A DNA stretch of 62,259 nt, filler included, from Sphacelaria rigidula (taxonomy: Eukaryota): assembly GCA_964200075.2 (NCBI GenBank). It is 9 parts of 9 records of this genome, joined end to end, with 100 filler letters (N's around TTAATTAATTAA, not from the genome) between each part and the next. Parts side by side here need not be neighbours in the genome. Positions count along the whole stretch, not along the records: positions 34,647 to 41,475 come from CAXNAA020017873.1; positions 41,576 to 48,403 come from CAXNAA020017874.1; 7 more parts are not named here. One strand, given 5' to 3'. The position numbers were made by a program, and so were the translations under genes. Of the stretch, positions 35,380 to 47,311 are shown in pieces; the first letter of the stretch is position 1; the number at the start of each line of letters is the position of its first letter. A model generated the notes under the pieces. The model was given only the letters and a program-made list of their open reading frames with translations. It was not told where the DNA came from and did not search any database.

Positions 35380-36484
35380 TTAGGCAACGTTGATGAAGTC
35401 TGCATTGTCCCTCCGATGGCGGACACCCGTCGCGGCCCACTCCTGCGCATACCCTTGCCCTTCCCCCCCCCCTTCAACCCCGACGCGTCTGCTCGAACTA
35501 GCCCCGCGCGGACACTGAGACTCCGCAGAGCCGTCGCCGTCAATCAGAAGTTCGCTCGCATCCGAGGTCGATAGAGTGTGCGTCCTGTCGGTGTCGGCGG
35601 GTGGCCCGGGCGATTCGAGCGTGGACTTTGCCGCAATGTCTTCGGTCTCGGTGAGTGGCCCGAGCGGTTCGAGCGTGGACTTCGCCGGAATTCCACCGGT
35701 CTCGGTAGAAGCGGATGAAGAGTTCTCGGCTGAGGCGCTGGTTACAAGCAGCAGCAGCTCTTCCATCGTTTCCGTCGCCTCGGCGGATCTCCCCAGCTCC
35801 TTCAGCACAGATACGCTGTCACGCAGCATGCGCACCTTTTGTTGACGCTCCTTCACCGCCGCCACCCTGGCAACCTTTACCCGAAGTTGCGACGCTTGTT
35901 CCACACCCCCCTGCATTGCGGATATGGTTTTTTCGCGCTGTGCGGCGCGATTGGCGACGCGCTTTGTTTCCTCCGCGCTTTTCTCCTCCTTCGCCTTCAA
36001 CAGGCTTCGGTGGCTCATCATGCCGCCGTCATCGTTGAGCTTCTTCATTGCCTCTGGCGACTCAACGGCACTCACCGGCGGATCGTCGGCGCTGTCTCCC
36101 TACGCAGGGGTATTAGCCTCGGTCGAGGTGGCGACTCGCCGCTTCTTCTTATCGGGCCCACTGGAGGCCAGCATGTTGAATTCCTGCTCAGGGATCGCAC
36201 TCTGCGGACCCCACAAGGCATAGACGAGTAGATGGGGGGGCACCCAGTTCTCGGGCACAGCACATGCCCCGCCGTCGGTTGTCCCGCCCCGATTCGCGTC
36301 CCCCCGCCCTTCGACGAGTTTGTCTGTGGAGTCACATTTTTTCACCACCGTTTTCTGCGATTGCCGCTTCTTCCGATCCTCCATCGTTTTCTTCTGCGCC
36401 ACTGCCCAGACGTGCACCATAAGGCGCTCCATGAGATCCGGCAGTTGTTGGCCCGATGGAAGTTTGTCATTCACCTTTACTTCG
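35380..36484 (-). pseudogene. Long GC-rich reading frame with one premature stop; probable transposon accessory-protein exon
   Basis: ORFs 36100-36474 and 35380-36075 are in the same frame, separated by TAG at 36100-36102. Acceptor ttctctcatgcag| at 36484. LPSG...W..P..LVYALWGP, basic KKKRR and a coiled-coil region. Family assignment is tentative. Confidence 0.5.
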
Positions 36485-37995
36485 CTGCATGAGAGAACAC
36501 GGCAACGACAGCGGCGTCAGTCAAACGCACAGTTAGCGGTCAAGTGTATATGCAATAGGTTGGGAAGGTAGCAGCACGTCTGGTGCTTCGCGGATAAAAT
36601 GCGCACCGAGCGGCCCGTGACAAAATATAACCGGCAGTAAACCGCCACGGTGGGGTCAGACCCTGTCAGCGCCCCCCGCTCCCGCCTAGTGTTTTCCCGC
36701 AGCCCGGGCTTAATGCTTGGAACCGTGGTGCCGTCATTGTACTGTGCTGCGGCGTATCGTCCGCAGCGAAAAGGCTTTCGGGCACACCGTACACGACGTC
36801 GTGTACACAAAGCCCCTGTTCGAACTGCGTCTTACTTCGTACATTCTCACGACAGCATGGCCGCTGAACGGCACCCTCTGGAGTAAGGTGCGAACATCCT
36901 TTTTTGTCACGGCTCAGTCTACTTTGTCGTTCTGTTCGACCCCTGTTTCTTTTCCCTTTTTTTGTTCGTGGTGCTTCTTTTTTTTCCCCCAGAGCGTGTT
37001 TCAGTTTCGTTTCTGTTACGTACGTCCATCATGAGACCACGACGGGACCCCTGGGAGGTCAGGTACAGTGCGACTATCAATCAATCAATCGACACTACCG
37101 TTGTCCACCTACGCCCGCCGAATAAAGTTCGAATTTGCGAACACGCAAATCAATCGTGTGTTCTGAGATGGAGAGTAGAACGTTGTGTGAGAGTGGGTTT
37201 TATCATTCACTTTACTCGACCAATTTCACATTCCGCGCGTGCTTGTCTTTGCCTGTAACACTGGCGTGTGCGTATAGCTACAAGGCGACATCCTACTGAG
37301 GGGAATCCAGGGCGTCGGCGAGAAGCTACTTCAGAAAGCGTATCGGGCCTCGCGGGGCGTTTCGGAACCGAATTGATTCATTCATTGATTGACCGCTTCT
37401 CACTCTCGTATCCTCTACTCCCAATCTCACGAAGATACTGAAATGGGGACATACAGATACGCGAGCAGCGCAATGACCCCCTGCAGCGGCAATGTGACAC
37501 CCGCTGTCTGCTCGTGTGCTTGCGGCTGCGTTTCTCTGCTGCTGTTGTATCCGCCCCGGCGCTACTGTACTGTCGACTCCTGTACTGTAGAACGTACACT
37601 ATAGGTGTGACTCGAGTCTGCGAGCCAATCACCAGCATACTGCATTGCTTCATTGACATGAAGGTCGCATTTCATTGGCGCTTCTAGGTTCCTCCCGAAG
37701 TGTGTACCTAATACTATCCTTTATTCACTTGCGCGGCGACTACGCAGACCCCAATACTGTTCTCAAGTCATATCCGAGATCATCCCGCGTATTAGAAATC
37801 CTACTGTTGCGGTCCAATTCAAAAGTCACTCTGTAGTGTCACGAGTGCAGCACGGTCACCTCCCCGGCAGAGTGCCCCGCCGACAAGATCGTGCTCAGGA
37901 TTATGCGTACTTTCTCGATGTGTTACCGCGTAACAGGCGGTGGCGATCGGCATTCAACAACCAACATGGGTGTGGGCACAAATCCAAACACTCAC

Positions 37996-38292
37996 CGGAG
38001 CCGAGCGTAGTATGGCGCATTGTCTCCACGTGAAGCCCGTACGGCTTTGGAATGCCCTGGGCGTCGAGCCACTTGATGTAGCCCTCCGCCGCACAGTTCA
38101 TATACGTGTGCGTCGCCTGATCGTTGCGATCGACTGCACTCATCGTAGTTGCGCTGTTTTTCACAGCCAGCGCGCTGTAGGTGATCGCGACGCCCTGGTG
38201 CGCCTTGAGGACGCGAGAGTTGATCGTGTTGCCGTGACACGCGTGTACCCTGTCGTATGCCCACTGAACCAGACTTGAGTAGGGTAGGATGA
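37996..38292 (-). CDS. Possible coding exon of an unidentified (perhaps TE-borne) gene
   Basis: Open, G/C-ending-codon-rich frame ILPYSSLVQWAYDRVHACHGNTINSRVLKAHQG...YIKWLDAQGIPKPYGLHVETMRHTTLGS ending at a consensus G|GTGAGT donor (37995). No ATG or acceptor identified. Confidence 0.4.
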
Positions 38293-39004
38293 TTCTTTGG
38301 TAGTGGTGGTGCTTGCTTGTGGATGAGATGCTGTGGGCTGTGGTGTGCGTCGTCGGTGGTGAATGAGCGTGTGCGCGGCAGGCTGTTGTGGCTTGCTTCG
38401 TCGTGCAGCGGATGACAGATTTCAAATTTGAATCTCAGCTAAAAACGCCTGTCCAAGACGCTATTGTACAACTCTGTGTTTGTATTTCTTGTTGCTGTAA
38501 GAAATGGTCGAAGAGAAATTCCGTCACGTTTTTGTCTGGACCAAAAATGTACAAAAATATTTATTGTGAGAGTGATTTTTGTTTATTATTGGAAGCGGCC
38601 TAACTCACGAAAAAAAAAAACTTCCGGTGCTTCTTTCCGATTTTTTTATGCCCTGTGCATTCTCCGTACCAAATATCAGGGTCCAACTTTAAATATTGGC
38701 CGGTGCATTGGCCTGCAATCTTCCAATCCCCCCCTAGGCTGGCGCAGCTCGTAGCACTTAGTTGATCTCGTTTGATGAAATATGTCGCAAATAAGGCCCA
38801 TTCCTATGGTAACGAATCTCCATTTTTTGGGACCCCGATCCTGAAAAAATCGGGGGGGGACATATTCGTGGAATAAAAATCGGGGTCACCGTTTTATGGT
38901 TCAGGTAGTACAACAGTTATGGTACCCGACTGACAAGTCAGTATCTTGCGGGTTATTGTCCCTGCTGCTTCCCGTAACCCACGCCCGTGTTGTCGACTCG
39001 AGTG

Positions 39005-39135
39005 AAGTCAATCTCACTCAAGTGTGGTTCGAGCTGCAGTCAACATTGTATCCACGTCAGCTTGTCCACGCGATTAAAGTCAATTTCACTCAAGCGTGGT
39101 TCGAGCCGCAGTCAACATTGTATTCACGTCAGCTT
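39005..39135. repeat. 72-bp tandem duplication
   Basis: aagtcaat.tcactcaag.gtggttcgagc.gcagtcaacattgtat.cacgtcagctt x2. Confidence 0.85.
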
Positions 39136-39699
39136 CAGGGCTACCGTTGTCGATCAGTGGATCTGATTCTTTCATATTGTCGTGTACCATCGTCTGACGA
39201 TCATGTCAGATACATTCCGTCAACCTCGGAGTTTGAAAAAAAGTTGTCCTTCTGACTTCACCTCCCCGGTTGTAGTGTCGGTAGCCATATGGAAGGCTGA
39301 ACGGTGTACATCGAGTCTTTCGTCCAAATCCCGTCAGTGTGTTGTGTTCATTTGCCAGATTCGTGTCATGGTGTAGTTGTCCTGACAGTTGGTTCCGGTA
39401 CTTCAATCAGTGTTGACGAAAAGCCACGTCACCCTGTCGCACCTGACTCGTCTCATGTATCATCTGTCACTACAGTCACACCAGATGTTCCGTCTCGTCC
39501 ACCTCGGAAATAGTCAAAAACTGGTGCTGTAGTCCCGTCTGCTGTATGTAGTCCCGTCTGTCAAGCCTGTGCATGACAACGTCAACCGGCCGCCGTCCGC
39601 GCCCGATCCAGTCAGTAAAGATGATACGCACACACTTTGGTGCTCTTCCTCGCTGAGTTCACAGCGTGGTCCGTTGTCACCTGCTTTTTCCTCGAGACG

Positions 39700-41404
39700 C
39701 GTTCGCATCTCAGGATCGGTTGGTCCAGTTCAGGTTAATGAAATTACCGCAGCAGCTGTTCAGTTTGTTCCGCTGCATGGTTGAACTAACACTCCAGGTT
39801 GCAGAAATCGCCGCTGTCCCCCGTACCCCCAGCAGCCGTCTCGCTCCGTGCAGCAAACGGTTCGCCGATAAATGTCCTTGGGTTTGTGGCGTTTTCATTA
39901 ACCCTTGGTGAAGTCACACGTCGCGTTGAAGCACCTGTTGTTCCATCATCACGTCCTGATTCTTCACTTCTTGACATCAGCTGCATGTCAAAATTCGGCG
40001 CAACACTGAACTGGTCAAACCAAACGTTGTCCTTTTCAACGGGGAATCAAACCAATCCCGCAGTACACCGAAAATACAAAAAACTCCTGTGTTGACCTTC
40101 TGTGTGACCCCGGCTGGGGTGCCCACATATACCGAAAGGTGTTGACCGACGTCCAGAATAGATGAGACGACAACACACACACGCACACTGTAGTCAACAG
40201 TCCGTCCCACCTTCAAGCAGAACAGAGTCTACTGTAGCAGCACTACACGTTGATATTCCACAAATATCTTGTCACCTTACTAGAATGCGTTACTGTCTAA
40301 CCTTTTCACGAGGCACTCCTTTTAGCGCTTACAGTCTGTCGCCCTATCCGTGCCTGTACCGTCGTTGTTGAACCTCGATTGGTCACAGCGGATGAAATGT
40401 CAACAGTAAACCGTTCCGTCGTTTTGTGTCGTTGATAGTTGCACGTACTTCGTCTCACTGGTCAGTTCTTGTCCTGTAGTAGTCCAAATTGCAAACAGAT
40501 CGTCTGAAGCCGTGTCGTTTACCGATAGGCTTGGTTCTTGGTACCCGGTACACTGTCACTGTAGTCGATCCCGCTCAACTGCATGTAAATGCATTATCCA
40601 AGAATCCCTGCACTCCTGTCGAATTGCGTAAGGCTAAGGATGATTTACCAAGAACTCCCGTCCCGTGTTTCCGTGATTCTACCTTCACAGTAGAACAGCA
40701 GAACAGTGTTCATGATTTGTGTGCTGAATTTCGGCCAGTGTTTTCACTGTCTATGTAAGAGCTGGATACTTGCACCGTGGCGGAAGCCACTATTCCCGTC
40801 CCGGAAAATACTGTTCCAGTCGACCAGTCACCGTACCGTTCCAACCCCCGTACAGCCAAAGCCATCGAGAAATATGTCAAAAACATGCTCGAATGGAAAA
40901 TCATTTAAGAGCGCCCTAGCGCCTGGGGTTCCCCGTCATGTACCGACGCGAAAAAAAAAAATGGCTCGCCGAGAATTTGCTCTGGTTATCGTTACACCCT
41001 CAACAGGTATCGAATCGGTAAATCTTGGTCCCTGTCCAATATGTATACGTGTTTGAATGCTTCTGGGGATGCTCGTTTTATCACTGTCGGTTGTCATATC
41101 TGGCAACTTCCTGTCGCAGCTGAGGATTTAGACAAGACAGCTTTCACTACCCCGTCCGGTAAACATGTGTTTTCACGCATGCCGTTTGGTGTCATGTCTG
41201 CCCCTTGGTTGTATCAAGGTATCTGGGTCCAGACTCTGGTATACTGTATTACATTGATATTTTGTGCATCAGTAACACATTTGACGAGCACCTCAAGTCC
41301 CTTCGTCTCATGTTTTCTGCATCACGAGCAGCAGGTCTGACCCTCAAACCGTCCAAAATTTGGTTCAGTCCCAAGGAACTTACGTATCTAGGTGACGTCA
41401 TTAC
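39700..41404 (+). mobile_element. Decayed Ty3/Gypsy LTR retrotransposon pol (protease, RT)
   Basis: Retropepsin-like LRAANGSPINVLG...LLDISCMSKFGATLNW. RT motifs SPYRSNP, PSAWGSP, WQLPVAAEDLDKTAFTTPSG...RMPFG, FDEHLKSL...GLTLKPSK...YLG, with many frameshifts and stops. Confidence 0.92.
40079..40188 (+). mobile_element. 5'-truncated SINE inserted in the Gypsy element just after the protease
   Basis: ctcctgtgttgaccttctgtgtgacccc...ccagaatagatgagacgacaacacacac is the SINE 3' end. Confidence 0.85.
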
Positions 41405-41475
41405 TGTGTGTTGTGTGTGTGTGTTGTCGTCCCATTTATTCTGGGCACCAGTCTACACCTTTCGGTGTATGTGGG
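41405..41475 (-). mobile_element. SINE 3' tail interrupting the Gypsy RT, cut by the contig end
   Basis: gtgtgtgttgtcgtcccatttattctgg...ctacacctttcggtgtatgtggg is the reverse complement of the SINE tail. Confidence 0.8.
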
Positions 41476-41700
41476 NNNNNNNNNNNNNNNNNNNNNNNNN
41501 NNNNNNNNNNNNNNNNNNNTTAATTAATTAANNNNNNNNNNNNNNNNNNNNNNNNNNNNNNNNNNNNNNNNNNNNGAGGCCATCATCTAGCCTGCGTGCA
41601 GACGCTGGTAGTGGTCATCATTTGCATTTTGTGCTTGTGCCACCTGCGGTAAAATCAACACGAAAATAATCCTGCCAAGGTACAAGATGGACGGGATTGC

Positions 41701-41701
<1 letters not shown>

Positions 41702-41738
<37 letters not shown>
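41702..41738. repeat. (CA)n microsatellite
   Basis: About 18 AC units. Confidence 0.95.
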
Positions 41739-41741
<3 letters not shown>

Positions 41742-43387
41742 GCTACTGGTATAATAGGGATCGAGATGATGGGCGTATCAACCCTTGCTTCAGCCGATCG
41801 CCGCTTGGTACAGTAGTCGTATCGCAAGCGGCGCACTGTGTGCAGCAGACGGTTTGTGCCATGCCGCACACAAAAAATTCACGTGACACTTAGTAGTGCG
41901 GTAGTAACCGTCTTAGTACGCAGAAGACTACAGAGTCCGCAATCGGTGGCGGGCACGACGAGCATGAAACGATACGAGCATAGTGAACACAGCCAGCAGG
42001 GGCGACATCGTGCTATTTTACGGTAGTAACGCTGCCGGCAAAAAAACACTGCACTGTACTGTCTGCCCCCGGTTCTACGGTCATGAGGATGCACGGAGTG
42101 CTGCAGCGGCTATGTTGTTGGCACTGTACTGTATGGACAACTACTTCTGCACTGACTGTACTACGCTTGTATGCGAGGAGTGTGTGATGGAGCACTGACA
42201 GTTCCATTGCGGGTGCGGTGTGCGAGGAATGTGTGATGATACGTCAATTCCCAGACGGAGAAAAGTCTCTGCGAATCGATGGCTTTTCGCAGAGAGGCTT
42301 ATCAAAATCCCGCTGTCAGCAAATTGTGGCCAGTTTCCAGACACTTTTTTTGAAGAAAAATCGCCTTATAAGGTCGCGTTCTGAAAAAGTCTCTGGAGAC
42401 CTGGAGACTGACCAAAACGGCTTTTCTCATAGAGTTTTTTTAGTCTGTAAGAAGCGGCCTCAAGCAACAAAAAAATCACCGTGATTGAAATGTCGATCTC
42501 CTTACAAAAAATCGATAACACGTAGTGGCTGTGATGTCCTGACATACGTGGACTCAAACGGACTATTTCGAACTACCTCTGTACGCTGCGGTCAAAGAGT
42601 AACAACCCTTCAACCCGCAGAGAGGGTCATCTGGGGGGGGGGGACTGATGCCAATCCAACACATGACCCGCCATGGTGGCCACGTAGGTCGAGCCCATCA
42701 CAGGCCTCTTGTGCAAAAGCAAGCCGGCCGTCGCGCGCACCGTGCCAGGATATCTTCCAAATATCGAACGCCAGCACCAATGCCCTACAGCAGTCTCCCC
42801 GATAACTTGCCCTCGTGGCCCACAGGGCTGATACAGGCTGAAACGCGGTCCACAACGATAACAAACTGGTGTGACGGAATTTACACTTTCGAATCAAGCC
42901 ATCTTCCCTGCCTGTTCTGGCCTTCGAGGCTGGCGGGACGACGATTTTCCCGAGAATCCTAGCGAAAAGACACCACGTAAGTTTGCCAGTGGCGCGCGGT
43001 TCCGATTCGCGACTCTCGATCTGATGAACCCCTCGCAGCAGAGACCGCACAGGAGCTAGGTATCCTAGAAGGACACATTGCATGGATTGAACCTGGGTGG
43101 ACTCATCCCTCGTACAGACGGACGTTTCAGGCCTTGTAGCAAGAGCTTCACGCAGAAGAATCGACATCTTTGGCGACGAATAAAAAAAAGTGCCGTGTTA
43201 TTCCAATCGTGATCTCTTCGTCGATTGCCTCTACTGTACAGGCAAGATTTGATGTGGGGGGTTGAAAAATGGGGACCACCGAGAGCTCCGCGCAATTACG
43301 TGCGCATCATCCCGACGTTGTGGTTCGAGTAGTCACGCGAACTGGCCGATCACTTCCATGGTTGAACATACTTTGTTTTCCGCCAAA

Positions 43388-44450
43388 CTCCAACCCCAAC
43401 CATAACCCGAACCCCAATGAAGGTACACCGAGAACCCTTGGTCGAGAGAGTGGAGAGTGTTGCCTAGGCAAAGGGTGCGTTGCCAGGCCTCAAATCGGCG
43501 CCCCAGACGCCGATCTCGACAGAAAAAAACGCGTTATGTGCGAGCTAGGAGCTCGCTCGGGTCATAGCCCCGCTAAAGATCCGGATTTCGCTGTTGACAC
43601 TAAAATCAAGTCGAAGTATCTGAGAAATTCGTCACCCTCCCATGTGGTGAACTATACTGCCGACCAAGGCATAAGAGAACCATCGAGCACCGGGCATGTG
43701 AAGCATGCACTAAGCAAAGTTTGCGTTGGCAGACCTCAAATCGGCGCTGACTTAGACACAAACAGGCTGTGTCAATCCCTCTGAAGATCCAAATATGGGT
43801 GTTTCATCCTACAATCAAGTAACATTGTTTCTGACCACTTGGTAAACTCTGTTGAAGGCCTGACGGTGGGGGTTCTCTCCGACCCGGCTCCCCAGATTCA
43901 TGGTTGAAGATGCTTCGTTTTTGTCGAACCATGGCGCTACATCTAAACCCAACCGTAACCCCAACCCAAGGTAGGCCGAGAACCTTCGGGCAAGGGGAGC
44001 ACATGAAGTATCCTAGGCAAGGTGTGCAATGGCAGGGCTGACGTTGGCGCCGCAGGCGCCTTTTTGAGCCAAAAGGTGTCTTGAAGATGTTGGGCGTGTC
44101 CTTGGGACTGTAAGGCCTGTAGATATTTGAATACCAAAATTCACACCCGTAGAGCTGAGGCTTGGGTTGTGAGAATGATGGGTTTTACGTGACTTTCAGA
44201 GTGAACACCGATATCTAGAGTGGCTGTCAGTCCCGAGTGCTCCTAGCTTGCCCATGAAGTATTTTTTGTCCATATCGGCACCTAGCGGCGGTGGCTCAAG
44301 AGCTGTCAACGCAAACTTTGCCGAGAGTACGCTTTACACTTCCCTTACCCGAGGTTTCTCGTATGCCTTGGTCGAGGATAGGGTCAGGGTTAGCGTTAGT
44401 GTTAGCGTTAGCGTCACCGTCACCGTCAGCGTTAGCGTCAGCGTTAATCC
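43388..44450. repeat. Cluster of ~250-bp repeat units, most headed by degenerate telomere-like hexamers (three direct, one inverted)
   Basis: Units start at ~43390, 43660 and 43945 (ccaagg..ccgagaacc...ctaggcaa...ggcgc). Inverted unit at 44205-44450 ends in gggtcagggttagcgttag. Confidence 0.75.
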
Positions 44451-44604
44451 AAAATTGTGAAATCTCGAGAACCCTCCGTCAACCGTCCTCGCGATCAAAG
44501 CATACGCACCACTCCTTCACACGGAAACCACGTATTTTCCCGCCACATATTCTAGGAGTCGGGTAGTGGAGAACTCTGTCGCAACACCTGTACAGAAACG
44601 GGGC

Positions 44605-45448
44605 GGGGGAGTGTACGTATGATCTTGCATGCCGTAGCCATATGGCCATCGGCAGGGGGGGGGTTCTGGGACCCGCCCGACCGTTGCAACGTACGTATCG
44701 GTTGTCATGGTTGATATAGCACAGTACAGGTTGCAGTACACTACGGTTCTATACGATTATATTGGGAGGGTGGAGACCACCATGAGCGGTAACTGGGCCA
44801 CCACCGCGTGTTTCGGATGTGTTGTGGCTGCGCCCGTCGTGCTGGCGGGGCCTTGGGCAGATACAGCGGCCGAGTTGTACGACATATGTTACAGACGCCC
44901 CCCGAAAACTTCAACCTAGAGATGAACATAGATTACTACACGCGTCATCAACCAGAAATAATGCCCGTATTTATATCTGATGCGGTGCACAGGGGGCCAT
45001 GAAAAGCCTAGTGACGCGTACGACTGCCATCTCCACATCATTCTCGGAATAGAACAGCAATGGGCGCTCAAGGAGTCGAGTATCCCTGCCGAAAGTACAA
45101 ACATAGTCCCTCTGCAAAGTATATTTTTCTCGGGGGCACCCACCGCACATTGCGATGCAATTCATCCTTCATTTTTTTAATTGATTTCGAATTAAAAAAA
45201 AAATCAGGGCCACTTTCCCATTTCGGCACGTTTTCCTTGCGTCTCCTGTTTCTCAATTTCGGAAATGTGCACAACTTTTCCCATGACAACGATGGTGTCG
45301 TTTCCAAATTTGGAAAGTGGGCGCCCACCCCGATATCATTGACTGCGAGCCAGGTCAGGCGAAGACCCGGCGTGCTCTGTCCCGGCTTTGTAGGGATGCG
45401 AGGTCAGTAGTCATGTGACTATGGCATGCAAGATCATGAGTACACCCC
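44605..45448. mobile_element. ~840-bp non-autonomous DNA transposon with ~45-bp TIR and G/C-run termini
   Basis: gtgtacgtatgatcttgcatgccgtagcca (from 44611) pairs with tgactatggcatgcaagatcatgagtacac (to 45445). The right end is the 72-nt family. No TSD identified. Confidence 0.7.
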
Positions 45449-46160
45449 AATATCTTTACTGCTGGTGGTTGTCTCATGCAGTATAAGGTATGCACAGCCC
45501 CGATGTCCGCACTGTACAGAGCACGGCTGCTTTGCGTGTAGGTATGACTTTGCTCTTCATCTTCATCGGGGTGACGATGATATCGAGCTCTTGTGTTGCT
45601 TGTGTGACACCGTGTGATATGACGTGGAATGTGGGACTCGGACCCGAAGCCGTTTTGCATGCAGCTGTAGCTTCCCCATTTTTTTCAGGTGAAAAATGAG
45701 ATAGTGGTGATTTTCCGGTCGTGAGAGTACTTTTTTTTTACCGCCACGACTGAAAGGGTGGAAGTAGTTTATCATCCAGGGCCGTGACCTCTTTCAGATC
45801 ATGACAAGACTGCAAAAAGATTCCACGAAGTATGGTCATGCTTTTTGAACCTCTTGACCGTTTTGCCCCCGTCCAGGTTGCACAATGATACCTATGGTGA
45901 AGTTGGCTTCGGAGCGTTTGACTTACCGGTGAAAACAGCACGCCTGTCCAGATGAGCACTTGGACATTGAGCATTTTCGTTAAAACACGGTAGCGACCCT
46001 CTAATAACCAGGTTGTGAGAAAATCAGGCTGAGATTTGCAAACAAAATTGATGAAAATGTTTCAGCCTCAGCGACGTGCGCTCAACAAAGTCCAATATAG
46101 TCTTGGAGGCCATGATCAACCTTTCAAGGAGTGGTTTGATGGGGTATTTCCTTTACTCGG

Positions 46161-46524
46161 GTGTCTGTGTATTGTCATCCCATGCATTGTGAACGCCCGT
46201 CTACACCTTTCGGTTTATGTGGGCGTATCAGCCGGGGTCACACAGGAGGAAGGCCAACATAGGAGGTCTTCCATTTTTATTTTGTTTTAGTATTTCGCCT
46301 TCCTTCTGCGATGCTTCCCTTTTTTATCGCAAGAGGGGTTGAGCGGTCCCTTTCCCTCGTCGACCACAACGTCAAATATTGTGTACCCATGGCCTAGTCG
46401 CTGTCCACTGTTGTGCACGGGGTGAGAAAAAATCCCAGATCGTGTGACTGCACCAATATCCGAACCCATGACCCAACCGTCACAAGGTTTTGAGGCTACC
46501 AACTGTGCCACCGGGGCGACCGGT
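46161..46524 (-). mobile_element. Full-length tRNA-derived SINE
   Basis: Minus-strand head accggtcgccccggTGGCACAGTTGG...catgGGTTCGGATAT carries Pol III A-box and B-box-like motifs. Body and CA tail as in other copies. Confidence 0.88.
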
Positions 46525-47212
46525 CATTCGGGTATTGAAAAAAAACGTACTCCATCTACCCCAAAGTTGGGTAGAGTTTGGATATCGGACCATCCCTACA
46601 CAAAGTTCGGGAAAGTGAATACCGCGGTATTTACCCTATCCAATACACCCTTGCAACGTTTGCATCAAATGAGAAAGTCAGCCTGAGCCTCATTTTTCAG
46701 TTGGGGAAGCTCGCAGATGGATTGTCATCTCCTGGACTATCCCAAACAATGGGATACATCAACACACACAGCAAGTGTACCGAAGGCACTTGCTGGATTG
46801 GCCGTTTTGTACGTTTGTTGCGTCGGCAATGTCACTCAACTCACGACGAATATCTCTCTCGTGCCTTTCCGGCTTCTGTTTTTTTTGCCTGTATCGTTGT
46901 TCTTCCCGTTCTTCCCGTTATTCTTTTCTCTTATTTTCGTAGTCTCTATTTTGTTTGTGTGTTGTAATTCTCTGTTTTTTTCTTTCACTTGTCTTCAGCT
47001 AGTGTTTCCTATTTTTTTTTCCCCTCTGGTACGTTTAGAATGCGAGTACCGCTTGATCCACGGGCGGCCAGTTGAAGGGAGGCAATCATTCAAAATAATT
47101 CTTGCGTACATCTATACCGGTTTCGCGCTCTCACTTAGCATGGAAGTATATTTCTCATTTCGTGTTGGCACTTGCGTGTGTTCTGGGGTGTATCGGAACG
47201 TTCCTCTGTCAG

Positions 47213-47311
47213 GACGGGAGCGGAGAGATCGATCTGAATGAGCTGCGCACTGTTATGACGTCCCTTGGGTACAGTCCCACAGACAAGCAGTTGCAAGACA
47301 TGATGGACAAG
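47213..47311 (+). CDS. Internal exon of an EF-hand (calmodulin/centrin-like domain) protein
   Basis: Acceptor ttcctctgtcag|, donor |gtgagt, 99 nt. DGSGEIDLNELRTVMTSLGYSPTDKQLQDMMDK is an EF-loop second half plus the LG..PT linker. Confidence 0.9.

Noticed and set aside
3199..47311. Functional cluster of eIF6, THF1 and an EF-hand gene
   Set aside because: Each gene is on a separate contig, so the proximity is an artefact of concatenation.
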